In this document: one piece after another, positions 21,518 to 35,164 of the stretch
Layout of the letters: each line of letters opens with the position of its first letter
Numbering within the stretch: position 1 is the stretch's first letter
NCBI RefSeq assembly: GCF_003334335.1
Contig: NZ_QOWQ01000006.1
DNA: 64,000 nucleotides
Origin: Escherichia coli
Lineage (GTDB): Bacteria; Pseudomonadota; Gammaproteobacteria; Enterobacterales; Enterobacteriaceae
Direction: 5' to 3' (one strand)
Program-made: the position numbers and the translations under genes
Notes under the pieces: generated by a model
The model's input: the letters and a program-made list of their open reading frames with translations, nothing else
Told to the model about the DNA's origin: nothing
Database searches by the model: none

Positions 21518-22291
21518 TTAACCAATTCCCGCCGTTTGTAGCAGCACTAAACTGAATCCCATCACTGACATTCCACATAGTACGCCATAGCTGGGGTTAT
21601 TATTAGGGTCAATCTCTTTGGCGAGCGGCATTAATTCATCAACCGAGAGCGCCACCATAATTCCTGCAACCGCCGCCATGATTGCCGCCATGACCACCGG
21701 GGAAATCATGCTACCGAGGATTAACCACGCCAGCACACCACCAAGAATTTCTGCTAGTCCAGAAATCCCCGCCCACAGAATCGCGGTGCGTTTAGACCCC
21801 GTTGCCGCATAAACCGGGCCTGCCACTGCCAGACCTTCAGGGATATTGTGCAACGCGACGGCCAGTGCGATGCCAAATCCCAGCTCCAGGTTGCTGCTCG
21901 CCGTGACAAAGGTGGCAATCCCTTCCGGGAAGTTATGCAGACTGATGCCGAGAGTGAGCAGAATGGCTGTGCGCTTGATCGATTTTGGCAACGGCTGCAC
22001 CGATTTTTGCATTAAATCCTGCGGATGAGCATGTGGCAACATGCGGTCCAGGCCAAAATAGCCAAGCAGACCGAAGATAAACATTCCATAACCCAACACA
22101 GGCGACATTCCTTCAGCTGCTAGTGCGGCAGGAAGCATTTCCATTAATGAGATGAGCAACATGATCCCCGCCGCAAAACCTAGCGAAAACGCCAGTAAGC
22201 GGTTCGAGGGTTTTTGCCCGAGAACGCCGAGAAACGCGCCAATAAACGTGGCTGCCCCCGCCAGTATGGTCAGAATGAGAGGTACTGACAT
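21518..22291 (-). CDS. zupT: ZIP-family zinc transporter ZupT
   Basis: 257 aa from ATG at 22291 ([19 protein letters not shown]...). Confidence 0.85.
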
Positions 22292-22406
22292 CGACAACTC
22301 CTTATAAATCTTCACCTTCAGGCAGATCGTCAAAATAACTGATGATCATCATCATTGTTATCCGGGTTCTTACTCCGCCGAACAAGCGTATTGTGAGGAT
22401 ATCAAA

Positions 22407-23222
22407 ATGACACCTTTAGTTAAGGATATCATCATGTCTTCAACACGTATGCCAGCATTGTTTTTAGGTCACGGTAGTCCGATGAACGTGCTGGAAGATA
22501 ATTTGTATACCCGCAGCTGGCAGAAGTTGGGGATGACATTGCCACGCCCGCAAGCGATTGTGGTGGTTTCGGCTCACTGGTTTACCCGTGGAACAGGAGT
22601 GACCGCGATGGAGACGCCGCCCACGATTCATGACTTTGGTGGCTTCCCGCAGGCGCTGTACGATACGCATTATCCTGCTCCGGGTTCGCCTGCGCTGGCA
22701 CAGCGTCTGGTTGAGCTGTTAGCGCCGATCCCGGTGACGCTGGATAAAGAAGCCTGGGGCTTTGACCACGGCTCGTGGGGCGTGCTGATTAAGATGTATC
22801 CTGACGCTGATATCCCGATGGTGCAGTTGAGTATCGACAGTAGCAAACCTGCCGCCTGGCATTTCGAAATGGGGCGCAAACTGGCAGCGCTGCGAGATGA
22901 AGGAATAATGTTGGTCGCCAGCGGTAACGTGGTGCATAACCTGCGCACAGTGAAGTGGCACGGTGATAGTTCACCGTATCCGTGGGCGACGTCGTTTAAT
23001 GAGTATGTGAAAGCGAATCTGACGTGGCAAGGGCCAGTGGAACAACATCCTCTGGTGAATTACCTCGACCATGAAGGTGGCACGTTATCGAACCCAACGC
23101 CAGAGCATTATTTGCCGTTGTTGTATGTGTTAGGTGCGTGGGATGGGCAGGAGCCAATTACCATTCCGGTTGAGGGTATAGAAATGGGCAGCCTGAGTAT
23201 GCTGTCGGTGCAGATAGGCTAA
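22407..23222 (+). CDS. ygiD: 4,5-DOPA dioxygenase extradiol-like protein
   Basis: Extradiol ring-cleavage dioxygenase class III family; start may be the internal ATG at 22434. Confidence 0.8.
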   Translation: MTPLVKDIIMSSTRMPALFLGHGSPMNVLEDNLYTRSWQKLGMTLPRPQAIVVVSAHWFTRGTGVTAMETPPTIHDFGGFPQALYDTHYPAPGSPALAQRLVELLAPIPVTLDKEAWGFDHGSWGVLIKMYPDADIPMVQLSIDSSKPAAWHFEMGRKLAALRDEGIMLVASGNVVHNLRTVKWHGDSSPYPWATSFNEYVKANLTWQGPVEQHPLVNYLDHEGGTLSNPTPEHYLPLLYVLGAWDGQEPITIPVEGIEMGSLSMLSVQIG

Positions 23223-23259
23223 CAATTACCGGATGGCGAGTGCCATCCGGTATCGTGGC

Positions 23260-24420
23260 TTATTCAACAAAAATATGTGGATAAAACCGAGACATATCCT
23301 GGGTGATCAATGCACGGTCTTCACGAATGCCAATTCCGGCGGGTTGATCGTTCACCAGCCAGCTACCAATCAGCATATAGCTGTCGCCGAATTTCGGTAA
23401 CGGGTGGAATTGCTGAACAATCATCCCTTCTTCGCCATACGGACCTTCCGCTGCTTCAATGGTTTTGCCGTTCTCAATGATCGACACGTTTGCGCCTTCA
23501 CGGGAGAAGATCGGTTTAACCACATATTTTTCCATTTGCGGATGATCATCTTCCGCAAAATAAGCGGGCAGCAGGTTCGGGTGATTCGGGAACATCTCCC
23601 ACAGTAGCGGTAGAAGTGCCTTGTTGGAGATAATGCTCTTCCACGCCGGTTCCAGCCAGCGTACGCCTGCATCCTCCAGCTTGGTTGAGAACATCTCACG
23701 CAACATAAATTCCCACGGATACAGTTTGAACAGGTTGGAAATTACCTGATCCTGTAAATCCGTGAACTGACCTTTTTCACCTAACCCGATATCATCGATG
23801 TAGAGGAACTCAGTAGCAATTTCAGCTTCCGTTGCGCAGTCCTGCAAATACTGAATGGTTCCGCGATCTTCCACCGTGTCGCGACAGCAGGTGAGATGCA
23901 GCAACTGGAAGCCATACTGTTCACGCAGCTCAACGAAGCGATCGATCAGTTTTTCTTGCAGACTGTTAAACTGGTCGCTGCCCTCCGGCAAGTTACCGGC
24001 GTTAAGCTGATCTTCCAGCCAGATCCACTGAAAGAACGCCGCCTCGTATAGTGACGTTGGCGTATCGGCGTTATTTTCCAGAAGTTTAGGTTCACCAGTG
24101 CCATCCCACGCCAGATCAAGACGCGAATAAAGCGATGGCTGGTGCGTCAGCCATGACTGGCGCACAAAACTCCAGGTGTGTTTTGGAATGCGGAATTTGG
24201 TCATCAGCTCATCGCTGGCGATCACTTTTTCCACCACTTTCAGGCACATCTGGTGCAGTTCGGCGGTGACTTCTTCCAGCTTTTCAACCTGGGCGAGGGT
24301 CAACTTGTAGTAAGCATCTTCACACCAGTACGGCTCGCCGTACATGGTGTGAAAATTGAAACCGTATTCGTGGGCTTTCTCACGCCAGTCCGGGCGCTCG
24401 GTAATACTGACTCTTTCCAT
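23260..24420 (-). CDS. ygiC: glutathionylspermidine synthase-like ATP-grasp protein
   Basis: 386 aa; family recognition and synteny with ygiB. Confidence 0.8.
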
Positions 24421-24425
24421 CGGTA

Positions 24426-25097
24426 TCAGCCACCCATTGAACGAGAAGAGGTACCGGTTGCACTACGCTGCATAGTGCTTTGTTTGGCAACAGATTCACC
24501 AAAACCGCCACGGGTAACGGTAGTGGTGGTCGCCGGTTTTGGTGCCATTGCCGTCTTCGGTACGGTCATGGTGCGGCCTGGCTGGGCTGCGCCATAGTTT
24601 TTACCCGTCGCGTCGGTATATTTACCGTAAGCCGGACTGGCTGGGTTTTTCGAGGAGAACAGCGGCTGCTGTGCAAATCCCGCGCCGCCGCCCATCAGAC
24701 GCCCCATCATGTAACCGGCCATCAGCGGCATCCAGAAACTCCCGCTGGATTGCTGGGCCTGCGCCTGGTTTTCTGGTGCCATGCCAGCCTGGGCTGGTGC
24801 CTGCTGGCACTGACCTTCACCAAATTCAGCAACACAGTCTTCACGGGTGGCGTATTTCGGCGCAGTACGTTCGGCTTCTTTCAGCGCATTGTTGTACGCG
24901 GTGGTACATTCGGCGCTTTTGCCTGGGTTTGCAGCTGAACAGTCGTCAGCATTTTGATAGAGAGACACTGTTTCATCACTCTTTTCACAGCCAGCCAGCA
25001 TAAAAACAGTGGCAACCGCGAGAGCGACTGGTGTCAGATGGCGTGCGCTCCAGTTTTTGCGGAACGATGCGTGGCGTATGGATTTTGTCCGTTTCAT
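24426..25097 (-). CDS. ygiB: DUF1190-family lipoprotein-like protein
   Basis: 223 aa from ATG at 25097 (MKRTKSIRH...); the track ORF extends upstream. Confidence 0.75.
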
Positions 25098-25244
25098 TTT
25101 TGTCTTCCGGGACCAGTGGTAAATACCCATCAGAATAGAGGATGGCTGGTCGAAATTGAAGCGAGAAGGGGGAAGAATGCGGCAGATAACCCGTATCTTT
25201 ACGTTGCCTTACGTTCAGACGGGGCCGAAGCCCCGTCGTCGTCA

Positions 25245-26726
25245 TCAGTTACGGAAAGGGTTATGACCGTTACTGGTGGTAGTGCGTGCGGATGTTTGCT
25301 GAACGACTGGTGCCGGGCTATCAGGCGCATAACCATCAGCAATAGCATTCTGTTCCGGCGTTTGCGGTGCAACGTTTTCCGGATTAGTGGAAACCGGTTT
25401 GCTCAGCGCATTGTTCAGTGCCAGCAGATCCTGCTCGTTCAACGTACCCAGAGCTGACTTAATATTCAGCTGATTAATCAGGTAGTTATAACGCGCATTC
25501 GCCAGCTCTTGCTTGGCGTTGTACAACGTGGTGGTCGCATCCAACACATCAACAATGGTACGCGTACCGACCGAGTAGCCCGCTTCCATCGCGTCTAATG
25601 AGCTTTGAGCGGAAACTACGGCTTGTTTGTAGGCGTTAATGCTACTGATAGATGCATTAATGTTGTTGAAGGAGGAACGCACGGTCTGCACGACGCTACG
25701 ATGGGCACTTTCCAGTTGCTCGCTGGCACCGACAAAGTTGTACTGTGCCTGTTTCACCTGCGAGTTAACCATTCCGCCCTGATAAATCGGCAGCGAGAAG
25801 CTCAGGCCAACTTTGTTCTGGCCCATATTGCTATCGTCATACTGGGTACCAGCGGCACCACGGGTTTTCGAACCGCTATAAGAGGTGTCAGAAATCCCGG
25901 TAGAAGCCGTTAAATCCAGAGTCGGTAAGTGACCATCCTGCGCCTGGCGAATTTGCTCGCGCGCCAGGTCCTGGCTCAAGCGTGCCTGTAACAGCGACAG
26001 GTTGCGTTTTTCGGCTTCTTTCAGCAGCGCGTTAACCGGCTGTGGTTTGTCGGTTTTAAAGTTTTCGACATTCAGCGCAGCCAGTTCCGGATAGTAGTTA
26101 CCGGTGATCTGGCGCAGCTGCTCTACCGCGTTATCAAGGTTATTACGTGCGGTCACTTCGTTCGCCAGCACGGTATCGTACTGTGCGCGGGCGTTCTGCA
26201 CGTCGGTGATCGCTACCAGGCCCACGTTAAAACGTTGGGTGGTTTGATCTAATTGACGGTAGATCGCTTCTTTTTGTGCCTGTGTATAGGAAAGAACGTC
26301 AATAGCATTCAACACGTTGAAATAAGCGGTCGCGGTGTTGAGGATCAAGGTTTGCTGATCGGTCTGATACGTGACGTCCTGAATCCCTGCTGCTTTTTCC
26401 TGCAGCGTTAACGCACGCCATTTCGACATATCAAAAATGGATTGAGTTAACTGCAAGGACGCACTGGTCGCGTTAGAGTTGATGCCGTTCGCGTCGCGGT
26501 AGCCGTTGCTATAGGTGTAATCTGCACCTAAACCTAGCTGTGGCAGTAATGGACTGCGCGCTTCATTAATTTTTTCAAAGGCAGCATCACGATCGGCGGC
26601 AGACTTACGCAATTCCGGGTTACTAAGGCGTGCTTGCTGATAAACTTGCATCAGGTTCTCGGCCTGGCTCAACGAACTGAACCCAGAAAGGCTCAGGCCG
26701 ATAAGAATGGGGAGCAATTTCTTCAT
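25245..26726 (-). CDS. tolC: outer membrane efflux channel TolC
   Basis: 493 aa from ATG at 26726 (MKKLLPILIGLSLSGFSSLSQAENLMQVYQQA...). Confidence 0.95.
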   Translation of the reverse strand: MKKLLPILIGLSLSGFSSLSQAENLMQVYQQARLSNPELRKSAADRDAAFEKINEARSPLLPQLGLGADYTYSNGYRDANGINSNATSASLQLTQSIFDMSKWRALTLQEKAAGIQDVTYQTDQQTLILNTATAYFNVLNAIDVLSYTQAQKEAIYRQLDQTTQRFNVGLVAITDVQNARAQYDTVLANEVTARNNLDNAVEQLRQITGNYYPELAALNVENFKTDKPQPVNALLKEAEKRNLSLLQARLSQDLAREQIRQAQDGHLPTLDLTASTGISDTSYSGSKTRGAAGTQYDDSNMGQNKVGLSFSLPIYQGGMVNSQVKQAQYNFVGASEQLESAHRSVVQTVRSSFNNINASISSINAYKQAVVSAQSSLDAMEAGYSVGTRTIVDVLDATTTLYNAKQELANARYNYLINQLNIKSALGTLNEQDLLALNNALSKPVSTNPENVAPQTPEQNAIADGYAPDSPAPVVQQTSARTTTSNGHNPFRN

Positions 26727-26930
26727 TTGCATTCCTTGTGGTGAAGCAGTATTTAGCGCGATCAAACTGTAAAATTATTGCGGATTCTAGCAGAAGCCGC
26801 TACCGCAAAAGGTTGGCGTTACGTGCCATAGGGCGTTAATGTGCCTCAATTTAACACATGACTGCTCAAACGGCAGTCAAACGTCGCTGAAATTCACATT
26901 TAATTCACTATTAGTGCCAGGACATTAACA

Positions 26931-27560
26931 ATGCTTAAGCCAGACAACCTGCCCGTTACATTTGGCAAAAACGATGTAGAAATTATTGCACGAGAAACAC
27001 TTTATCGCGGCTTTTTTTCATTAGATCTTTATAGATTTCGTCATCGTCTATTCAACGGGCAAATGAGTCATGAGGTGCGGCGGGAAATTTTTGAGCGCGG
27101 TCACGCCGCAGTCTTGCTACCCTTTGACCCAGTGCGTGATGAAGTTGTGCTGATTGAGCAGATTCGGATTGCCGCGTACGACACCAGCGAAACCCCTTGG
27201 CTACTGGAGATGGTTGCCGGGATGATTGAAGAGGGTGAAAGTGTGGAAGATGTTGCCCGTCGCGAAGCGATTGAAGAGGCGGGACTGATAGTCAAACGGA
27301 CCAAACCGGTGTTAAGTTTCCTGGCAAGCCCGGGGGGCACCAGTGAGCGTTCGTCAATTATGGTGGGCGAAGTGGACGCCACGACCGCAAGCGGTATTCA
27401 CGGTCTGGCTGATGAAAACGAAGATATTCGCGTTCATGTGGTAAGCCGGGAACAGGCATACCAGTGGGTAGAAGAGGGGAAAATCGACAACGCAGCGTCG
27501 GTCATCGCTTTGCAATGGCTGCAGCTGCATCATCAAGCGTTAAAAAATGAGTGGGCATAA
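26931..27560 (+). CDS. nudF: ADP-ribose pyrophosphatase (Nudix)
   Basis: 209 aa with Nudix box. Confidence 0.9.
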
Positions 27561-27983
27561 ATGAAGCGTTACACACCTGACTTTCCTGAAATGATGCGCC
27601 TGTGCGAGATGAACTTTTCACAATTGCGCCGTTTGTTACCGCGCAATGACGCACCCGGCGAAACTGTAAGCTATCAGGTGGCAAACGCACAATATCGGCT
27701 GACGATTGTGGAATCGACCCGATACACTACCCTGGTGACAATAGAACAGACTGCGCCCGCGATCAGTTACTGGAGCCTTCCGTCAATGACGGTGCGTCTG
27801 TATCATGACGCGATGGTGGCTGAAGTGTGTTCAAGCCAGCAGATTTTTCGCTTCAAAGCGCGGTATGATTATCCTAATAAAAAGTTGCATCAACGCGACG
27901 AAAAGCATCAAATTAATCAGTTTTTAGCGGACTGGTTGCGATACTGTTTAGCACATGGAGCGATGGCGATTCCGGTTTATTAG
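27561..27983 (+). CDS. yqiB: DUF1249-family protein YqiB
   Basis: 140 aa; start abuts the nudF stop; synteny. Confidence 0.75.
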
Positions 27984-28007
27984 CGTCGTGAAACCTAAGG
28001 ACACCAT

Positions 28008-28835
28008 TTGGAAAGCCTGTTAACCCTTCCTCTGGCTGGTGAGGCCAGAGTCAGGATTTTACAAATTACCGACACTCACCTGTTTGCACAAAAGCACGAA
28101 GCCCTGTTAGGGGTAAACACCTGGGAGAGTTACCAGGCGGTGCTGGAGGCGATTCGGCCACACCAGCACGAATTCGACCTGATTGTCGCGACAGGTGATT
28201 TAGCGCAGGATCAATCCTCTGCGGCCTATCAGCATTTCGCTGAAGGCATCGCAAGTTTTCGTGCGCCCTGCGTCTGGCTGCCGGGCAACCACGATTTCCA
28301 GCCCGCGATGTACAGCGCGTTACAGGATGCGGGTATCTCCCCGGCGAAGCGCGTGTTTATTGGTGAGCAATGGCAAATCCTGTTGCTGGATAGCCAGGTG
28401 TTTGGCGTGCCGCACGGTGAGCTGAGCGAGTTTCAGCTTGAGTGGCTGGAACGTAAACTGGCCGATGCGCCAGAACGCCATACGTTGCTGCTGCTGCATC
28501 ATCATCCGCTACCTGCGGGTTGTAGTTGGCTCGATCAACACAGTCTGCGTAACGCGGGCGAACTGGATACCGTGCTGGCGAAGTTTCCGCACGTCAAATA
28601 CTTGCTGTGCGGTCATATTCATCAGGAGCTGGATCTCGACTGGAATGGTCGCCGCCTGCTGGCAACGCCGTCGACCTGTGTGCAGTTTAAGCCGCACTGT
28701 TCCAACTTTACGCTGGATACCATCGCGCCCGGCTGGCGTACTCTCGAGTTACATGCTGATGGCACGCTGACCACCGAGGTGCATCGCCTGGCGGACACAC
28801 GTTTCCAACCTGATACCGCTTCAGAAGGCTACTGA
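28008..28835 (+). CDS. cpdA: 3',5'-cyclic AMP phosphodiesterase
   Basis: 275 aa calcineurin-like metallophosphoesterase ([26 protein letters not shown]); the called start at 28008 is TTG. Confidence 0.85.
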   Translation: MESLLTLPLAGEARVRILQITDTHLFAQKHEALLGVNTWESYQAVLEAIRPHQHEFDLIVATGDLAQDQSSAAYQHFAEGIASFRAPCVWLPGNHDFQPAMYSALQDAGISPAKRVFIGEQWQILLLDSQVFGVPHGELSEFQLEWLERKLADAPERHTLLLLHHHPLPAGCSWLDQHSLRNAGELDTVLAKFPHVKYLLCGHIHQELDLDWNGRRLLATPSTCVQFKPHCSNFTLDTIAPGWRTLELHADGTLTTEVHRLADTRFQPDTASEGY

Positions 28836-29416
28836 TGTCTACGCTTCTTTATTTACACGGTTTCAACAGCTCGCCGCGCTCTGCAAAAGCGAGCTTGTTA
28901 AAAAACTGGCTGGCGGAACATCACCCTGACGTTGAGATGATCATTCCGCAGTTGCCGCCGTATCCTTCCGACGCGGCAGAGCTGCTGGAATCCATTGTCC
29001 TGGAACATGGCGGTGATTCGCTGGGTATTGTCGGTTCGTCACTGGGGGGATATTACGCCACCTGGTTGTCACAATGTTTTATGCTGCCCGCAGTGGTGGT
29101 AAACCCGGCGGTGCGCCCGTTTGAACTGCTGACGGACTATCTCGGTCAGAACGAGAACCCCTACACCGGGCAGCAATATGTGCTAGAGTCACGCCATATT
29201 TACGATCTTAAAGTCATGCAGATTGACCCGCTGGAAGCGCCGGATTTGATCTGGCTGCTGCAACAGACGGGAGATGAAGTGCTGGATTACCGCCAGGCGG
29301 TGGCGTACTACGCTTCCTGCCGCCAGACTGTCATAGAAGGCGGCAACCACGCATTCACGGGCTTCGAAGATTATTTCAACCCGATCGTCGATTTTCTTGG
29401 TCTGCACCATCTCTGA
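28835..29416 (+). CDS. yqiA: esterase YqiA (alpha/beta hydrolase)
   Basis: 193 aa with GxSxGG motif (VGSSLGG); start overlaps the cpdA stop. Confidence 0.85.
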   Translation: MSTLLYLHGFNSSPRSAKASLLKNWLAEHHPDVEMIIPQLPPYPSDAAELLESIVLEHGGDSLGIVGSSLGGYYATWLSQCFMLPAVVVNPAVRPFELLTDYLGQNENPYTGQQYVLESRHIYDLKVMQIDPLEAPDLIWLLQQTGDEVLDYRQAVAYYASCRQTVIEGGNHAFTGFEDYFNPIVDFLGLHHL

Positions 29417-29441
29417 CGATCAACTCGAATTACTAACTTAA

Positions 29442-31337
<1,896 letters not shown>

Positions 31338-31384
31338 AGGAAAGAACATTGCCCGGTCAGGATGGCCGGGCAAACAAGGCAGGA

Positions 31385-31699
31385 TTAAATCCCTGGCTGC
31401 AGAATACGGATATTCATCTCCAGCACGTCACCTTTTACGGCTTCGCTATACGCCTTCATGTGCGGGGTTTGCAGATGCGCTTCAAGATGCGCGATGCTTT
31501 CCCACTGCTCAATCATCACGATAGAATCCGGTGCCATAGACTGGAAACTCACGCCAGCTGCGCAATCCACCATTGGCGCATAGCCGTGGCAACCTTCTTC
31601 TTTCAGTACGGTTGGAACGATTTTAGCAAACTGATCCAATACCGCCTGACGGTGATGTTGACCAGGACGAGTACGGATTTCTGCGATTACGGTAAGCAT
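31385..31699 (-). CDS. ygiN: quinol monooxygenase YgiN (ABM domain)
   Basis: 104 aa; synteny with mdaB. Confidence 0.85.
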   Translation of the reverse strand: MLTVIAEIRTRPGQHHRQAVLDQFAKIVPTVLKEEGCHGYAPMVDCAAGVSFQSMAPDSIVMIEQWESIAHLEAHLQTPHMKAYSEAVKGDVLEMNIRILQPGI

Positions 31700-31729
31700 G
31701 GTTAACTCCTTCTAAAGCCTGAGCTCTAG

Positions 31730-32311
31730 TTAACCAAAAATTTCCACAAGATGCTTGCGATATTCTTCAGTATAGCGGGGAACATCAGGCATTTTTATCA
31801 CGTCATTAGCGATAAATGTCGGCAGCGGTTCCATACCGAGGAATTGGTTTGCTTTATGGAACGGCAGATACACACCGTCAACGCCAACGCCGTGGAAGAA
31901 CTGATCTTTTTCGGTGAAGGCTTCCATTGGTGCGTTCCAGGTCAGAGAAAGCATATATTTTTTGCCCTGTACCAGGCCGCCGGAACCGTATTTTTTCGAC
32001 GGATCTTTGCGGGTACGACCATCGCTGGCATACAGCGTCCCGTGACCTTCGGTGAATACATCATCAATGTATTTTTTCACTGTCCACGGCGCGCCCATCC
32101 ACCAGCCTGGCATCTGCCAGATCACCACATCAGCCCAGAGAAAGTTTTGTACTTCCGCTTTGACATCGTAGTCGCTGTCGGCGCGAACGATGCGGACATC
32201 ATGCCCAAGGTCGCGCAGTGTGCCATCCGCGACTTCGGTCAGGGTGTCGTTCAGTTGACCATTGGAGTGGGCGAATTTTTTCGCGCCGTTGATAATCAGG
32301 ATGTTGCTCAT
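31730..32311 (-). CDS. mdaB: NADPH:quinone oxidoreductase MdaB
   Basis: 193 aa flavodoxin-like protein. Confidence 0.9.
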   Translation of the reverse strand: MSNILIINGAKKFAHSNGQLNDTLTEVADGTLRDLGHDVRIVRADSDYDVKAEVQNFLWADVVIWQMPGWWMGAPWTVKKYIDDVFTEGHGTLYASDGRTRKDPSKKYGSGGLVQGKKYMLSLTWNAPMEAFTEKDQFFHGVGVDGVYLPFHKANQFLGMEPLPTFIANDVIKMPDVPRYTEEYRKHLVEIFG

Positions 32312-32629
32312 TTTTTAACCTCAAGGTGAGACGTTTGCCGACTATAGTACGTCACAGAGCGGTACGGTGAAATTAGCAAAATGTGCAAAGTCTTTTGCGA
32401 ATTTAGCAAAAGTCTGATCTTACTCTGACTCACCGATGCAGGATAAATATTTTCTGAAAATGACAATACTGATAGCCATTCCTCATAATTCTTACTCGCA
32501 CCGGAATAATTTACACGTTTGGTTCGGTTTTTTTGGGGATTGATAATATGGCTTTGAATAAGTAAAAGATGAAAGTATCAACGTGTCATGTTGATAATTA
32601 TAAATGGATTTTTATGAGCGTACTGATAT

Positions 32630-32962
32630 ATGTTAAAGCAGAAAATTAAAACAATATTTGAAGCATTGCTATATATAATGCTTACTTATTGGTTAATAGA
32701 TTCTTTTTTTGCTTTCAATAAGTATGACTGGATGCTTGAGTCGGGAGGAAATATTTGCAGTATACCTTCCGTTTCAGGCGAAGATCGTATATTGCAAGCA
32801 ATGATTGCAGCATTTTTTCTTCTTACGCCACTTATTATTCTTATCTTAAGAAAACTCTTTATGCGGGAAATGTTCGAGTTTTGGGTATATGTATTCTCGC
32901 TCGGTATTTGTCTGGTTTGTGGTTGGTGGCTTTTTTGGGGACGGTTTATATTTTGCTATTAG
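32630..32962 (+). CDS. ygiZ: small inner-membrane protein YgiZ
   Basis: 110 aa, multi-TM, AT-rich codon usage; synteny. Confidence 0.7.
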   Translation: MLKQKIKTIFEALLYIMLTYWLIDSFFAFNKYDWMLESGGNICSIPSVSGEDRILQAMIAAFFLLTPLIILILRKLFMREMFEFWVYVFSLGICLVCGWWLFWGRFIFCY

Positions 32963-33007
32963 TAAAATCTATGAGAGTCGTTTTAACGGCTCTCATAGAC
33001 AGAGAAG

Positions 33008-34357
33008 TTACCAGCTTACCTTCGCCTCAAATCCACCTTGTTCCGCATTCCCAAATTCAACATTCATGCCATGCAATTTGGCGATTCGCTGGACAATCGA
33101 TAGCCCAAGCCCGCTGCCGGTAGCGGTTTGTCCGGGTGGGCGATAGAAGCGTTCGCCAATTCGCGCCAGTGCCTCTGGTGTCACACCGGGGCCGTTATCC
33201 CTCACGATGAAATTATCAGCATTCAGCGTGACGTCTACCACGCTGCCCTGTGGACTGTAGCGCACGGCGTTATCCAGCAAATTTCGCACCAACAAACTTA
33301 GCAATAGCGGTTGCCCGGTGCGTTTGATGCTGTGGGCATTGAGTGTCAGTCGCACGTCAATTTTCGCCTGCTGCGCCGTGTGGTAAATATCCATCACCGA
33401 CGATTGCAGGAGATCTTCAAGCGGGATCTCCGCGACGTCCTGAAGGTTATCCAGTGAGTCCAGCCGCGATAGCGTGAGCAGTTGATCAACCAGACGAGTA
33501 GCGCGATCGATCCCGGAATGTAATTGGAGCAGTGCTTTTTTCCGCGCCTGCGGATCATCGTCAGAGAGCTGCGCAACTTCGGTTTGCACTTTCAGCGCCG
33601 TTAACGGGCTACGAAGTTCGTGAGCTGCGTCGGAGGTAAAGCGTCGTTCACGAACCATCATCGCATGTGTGCGGGCGAACAGTTGATTTAGCGACTCAAC
33701 CAGTGGCCGCACTTCGCTGGGTACGCCAGTCGCGTTTAGTGGTTTTTCCGAGTCAGGGTCACGCATACGTAGTGCCAGCGCCAGTTTGTTCAGCGGCGCG
33801 AGTTCACGACCCAGTAGTACCATCATGATGATTAACATAATCGGCAGTGCGACCAGCCACGGGATCAATTGCCCGGCAACAATCGCCAGCGCCATGTCTT
33901 CACGGTATTCCCATTCCTGGCCAACAACGATGCGATATTTGCCATCAGGTGAGGTCATCCAGACAAAACGCCAAGGATCGTCTTCACCGACCAGTTGCCC
34001 GTCAGCAAAACCTTCCCGTTGATAGCTATAGGGAATATCTTCTCCGTTATCGCCATCATTAAGGACCATTCTGCCGTCGTGGGTAAAGATGGCAAAGGTC
34101 AGCGCATCGTCATCAACATGACCGTGTTTTAATCTATTTGGCGTCTGTGCCATGCGATCCGCCGCGTTGATTTCGTTGAGATCGAGCGTACTTAACCGCT
34201 TGGCAAACAGCATCAGTTGGGTGTCGAACAATTCATCGACGTTATCCGTTGTTTGTTTCCAGGCGACAAAGCTGGAAAGCAGCCAGGTCACCGAGGCCAG
34301 AATTAAAAAGATTAGCGTCAGCCTGACGCGCAGACTAAGACGTTGGGTAAATTTCAT
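33008..34357 (-). CDS. qseC: two-component sensor histidine kinase QseC
   Basis: 449 aa with two TM segments, HAMP, H-box ([12 protein letters not shown]) and HATPase motifs. Confidence 0.9.
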   Translation of the reverse strand: MKFTQRLSLRVRLTLIFLILASVTWLLSSFVAWKQTTDNVDELFDTQLMLFAKRLSTLDLNEINAADRMAQTPNRLKHGHVDDDALTFAIFTHDGRMVLNDGDNGEDIPYSYQREGFADGQLVGEDDPWRFVWMTSPDGKYRIVVGQEWEYREDMALAIVAGQLIPWLVALPIMLIIMMVLLGRELAPLNKLALALRMRDPDSEKPLNATGVPSEVRPLVESLNQLFARTHAMMVRERRFTSDAAHELRSPLTALKVQTEVAQLSDDDPQARKKALLQLHSGIDRATRLVDQLLTLSRLDSLDNLQDVAEIPLEDLLQSSVMDIYHTAQQAKIDVRLTLNAHSIKRTGQPLLLSLLVRNLLDNAVRYSPQGSVVDVTLNADNFIVRDNGPGVTPEALARIGERFYRPPGQTATGSGLGLSIVQRIAKLHGMNVEFGNAEQGGFEAKVSW

Positions 34358-35013
34358 TTCTCACCTAATGTGTAACCAATACCATGCACGGTACGAATAA
34401 AATCACTACCGAGTTTGCGTCGCAGATGATGCACATGCACTTCAACGGCATTACTGGTGACCTCTTCGTCCCAGGTATACAGTTTCTCTTCAATCAGTTT
34501 GCGCGGCAGTACCCGACCAGCGTTACGCATCAGTAATTCCAGCAGGGCAAATTCTTTTGGTTTCAGTGTTAAGGGTTCGCCAGCCAGCGTGGCGATACGT
34601 TTGCCGGGGTCGAGCATGACGTTACCGTGGCGCAGCTCGTTGCTGGCCTGGCCGTTGGTTCGGCGCATCAGAGCTTCCAGCCTGGCGGCGACTTCTATCA
34701 ACGCAAAAGGTTTACACAGATAATCGTCAGCTCCCAGACGCAGCCCTTCTACACGTTCCGCCAGCGCATCGCGCGCGGTCAGGATCAGTACCGGCTCACG
34801 CTGACCTTTTTCTCGCCATTCGCGCAAAATATCGCGACCATCCATGCCTGGTAAGGTTAAATCCAGGATCACCGCATCATAAGGTGCGCTATAAAGCGCC
34901 TCTTTTCCCTGACGACCTTGTGTAAACCAGTCGACGCTAAAACCCATTTTACTAAGGCCCGTTTTGATGCCGTCGCCAATCAGCATGTCATCTTCTATCA
35001 GTAAAATTCGCAT
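34354..35013 (-). CDS. qseB: OmpR-family response regulator QseB
   Basis: 219 aa starting MRILLIEDD; 4-bp overlap with qseC. Confidence 0.9.
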   Translation of the reverse strand: MRILLIEDDMLIGDGIKTGLSKMGFSVDWFTQGRQGKEALYSAPYDAVILDLTLPGMDGRDILREWREKGQREPVLILTARDALAERVEGLRLGADDYLCKPFALIEVAARLEALMRRTNGQASNELRHGNVMLDPGKRIATLAGEPLTLKPKEFALLELLMRNAGRVLPRKLIEEKLYTWDEEVTSNAVEVHVHHLRRKLGSDFIRTVHGIGYTLGEK

Positions 35014-35164
35014 TTTTTCATCCCTGCGATAACCGTATTTGCTGCCAGTAAACCGTGTTGTAACGCGCTCTGTACAGCACTAAATTTTATTTTTTTCCCT
35101 TAAGAAGTTGTTAAGGACTATCTTGTTAAATGCTCGGAAACAGACATTAAAGGGAGTAATAAAC

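Noticed and set aside
24480-25003. Overlapping plus-strand ORFs (152 and 154 aa) opposite ygiB
   Set aside because: Low-complexity Arg/Ser/Pro-rich translations typical of antisense frames; ygiB on the minus strand is the supported gene
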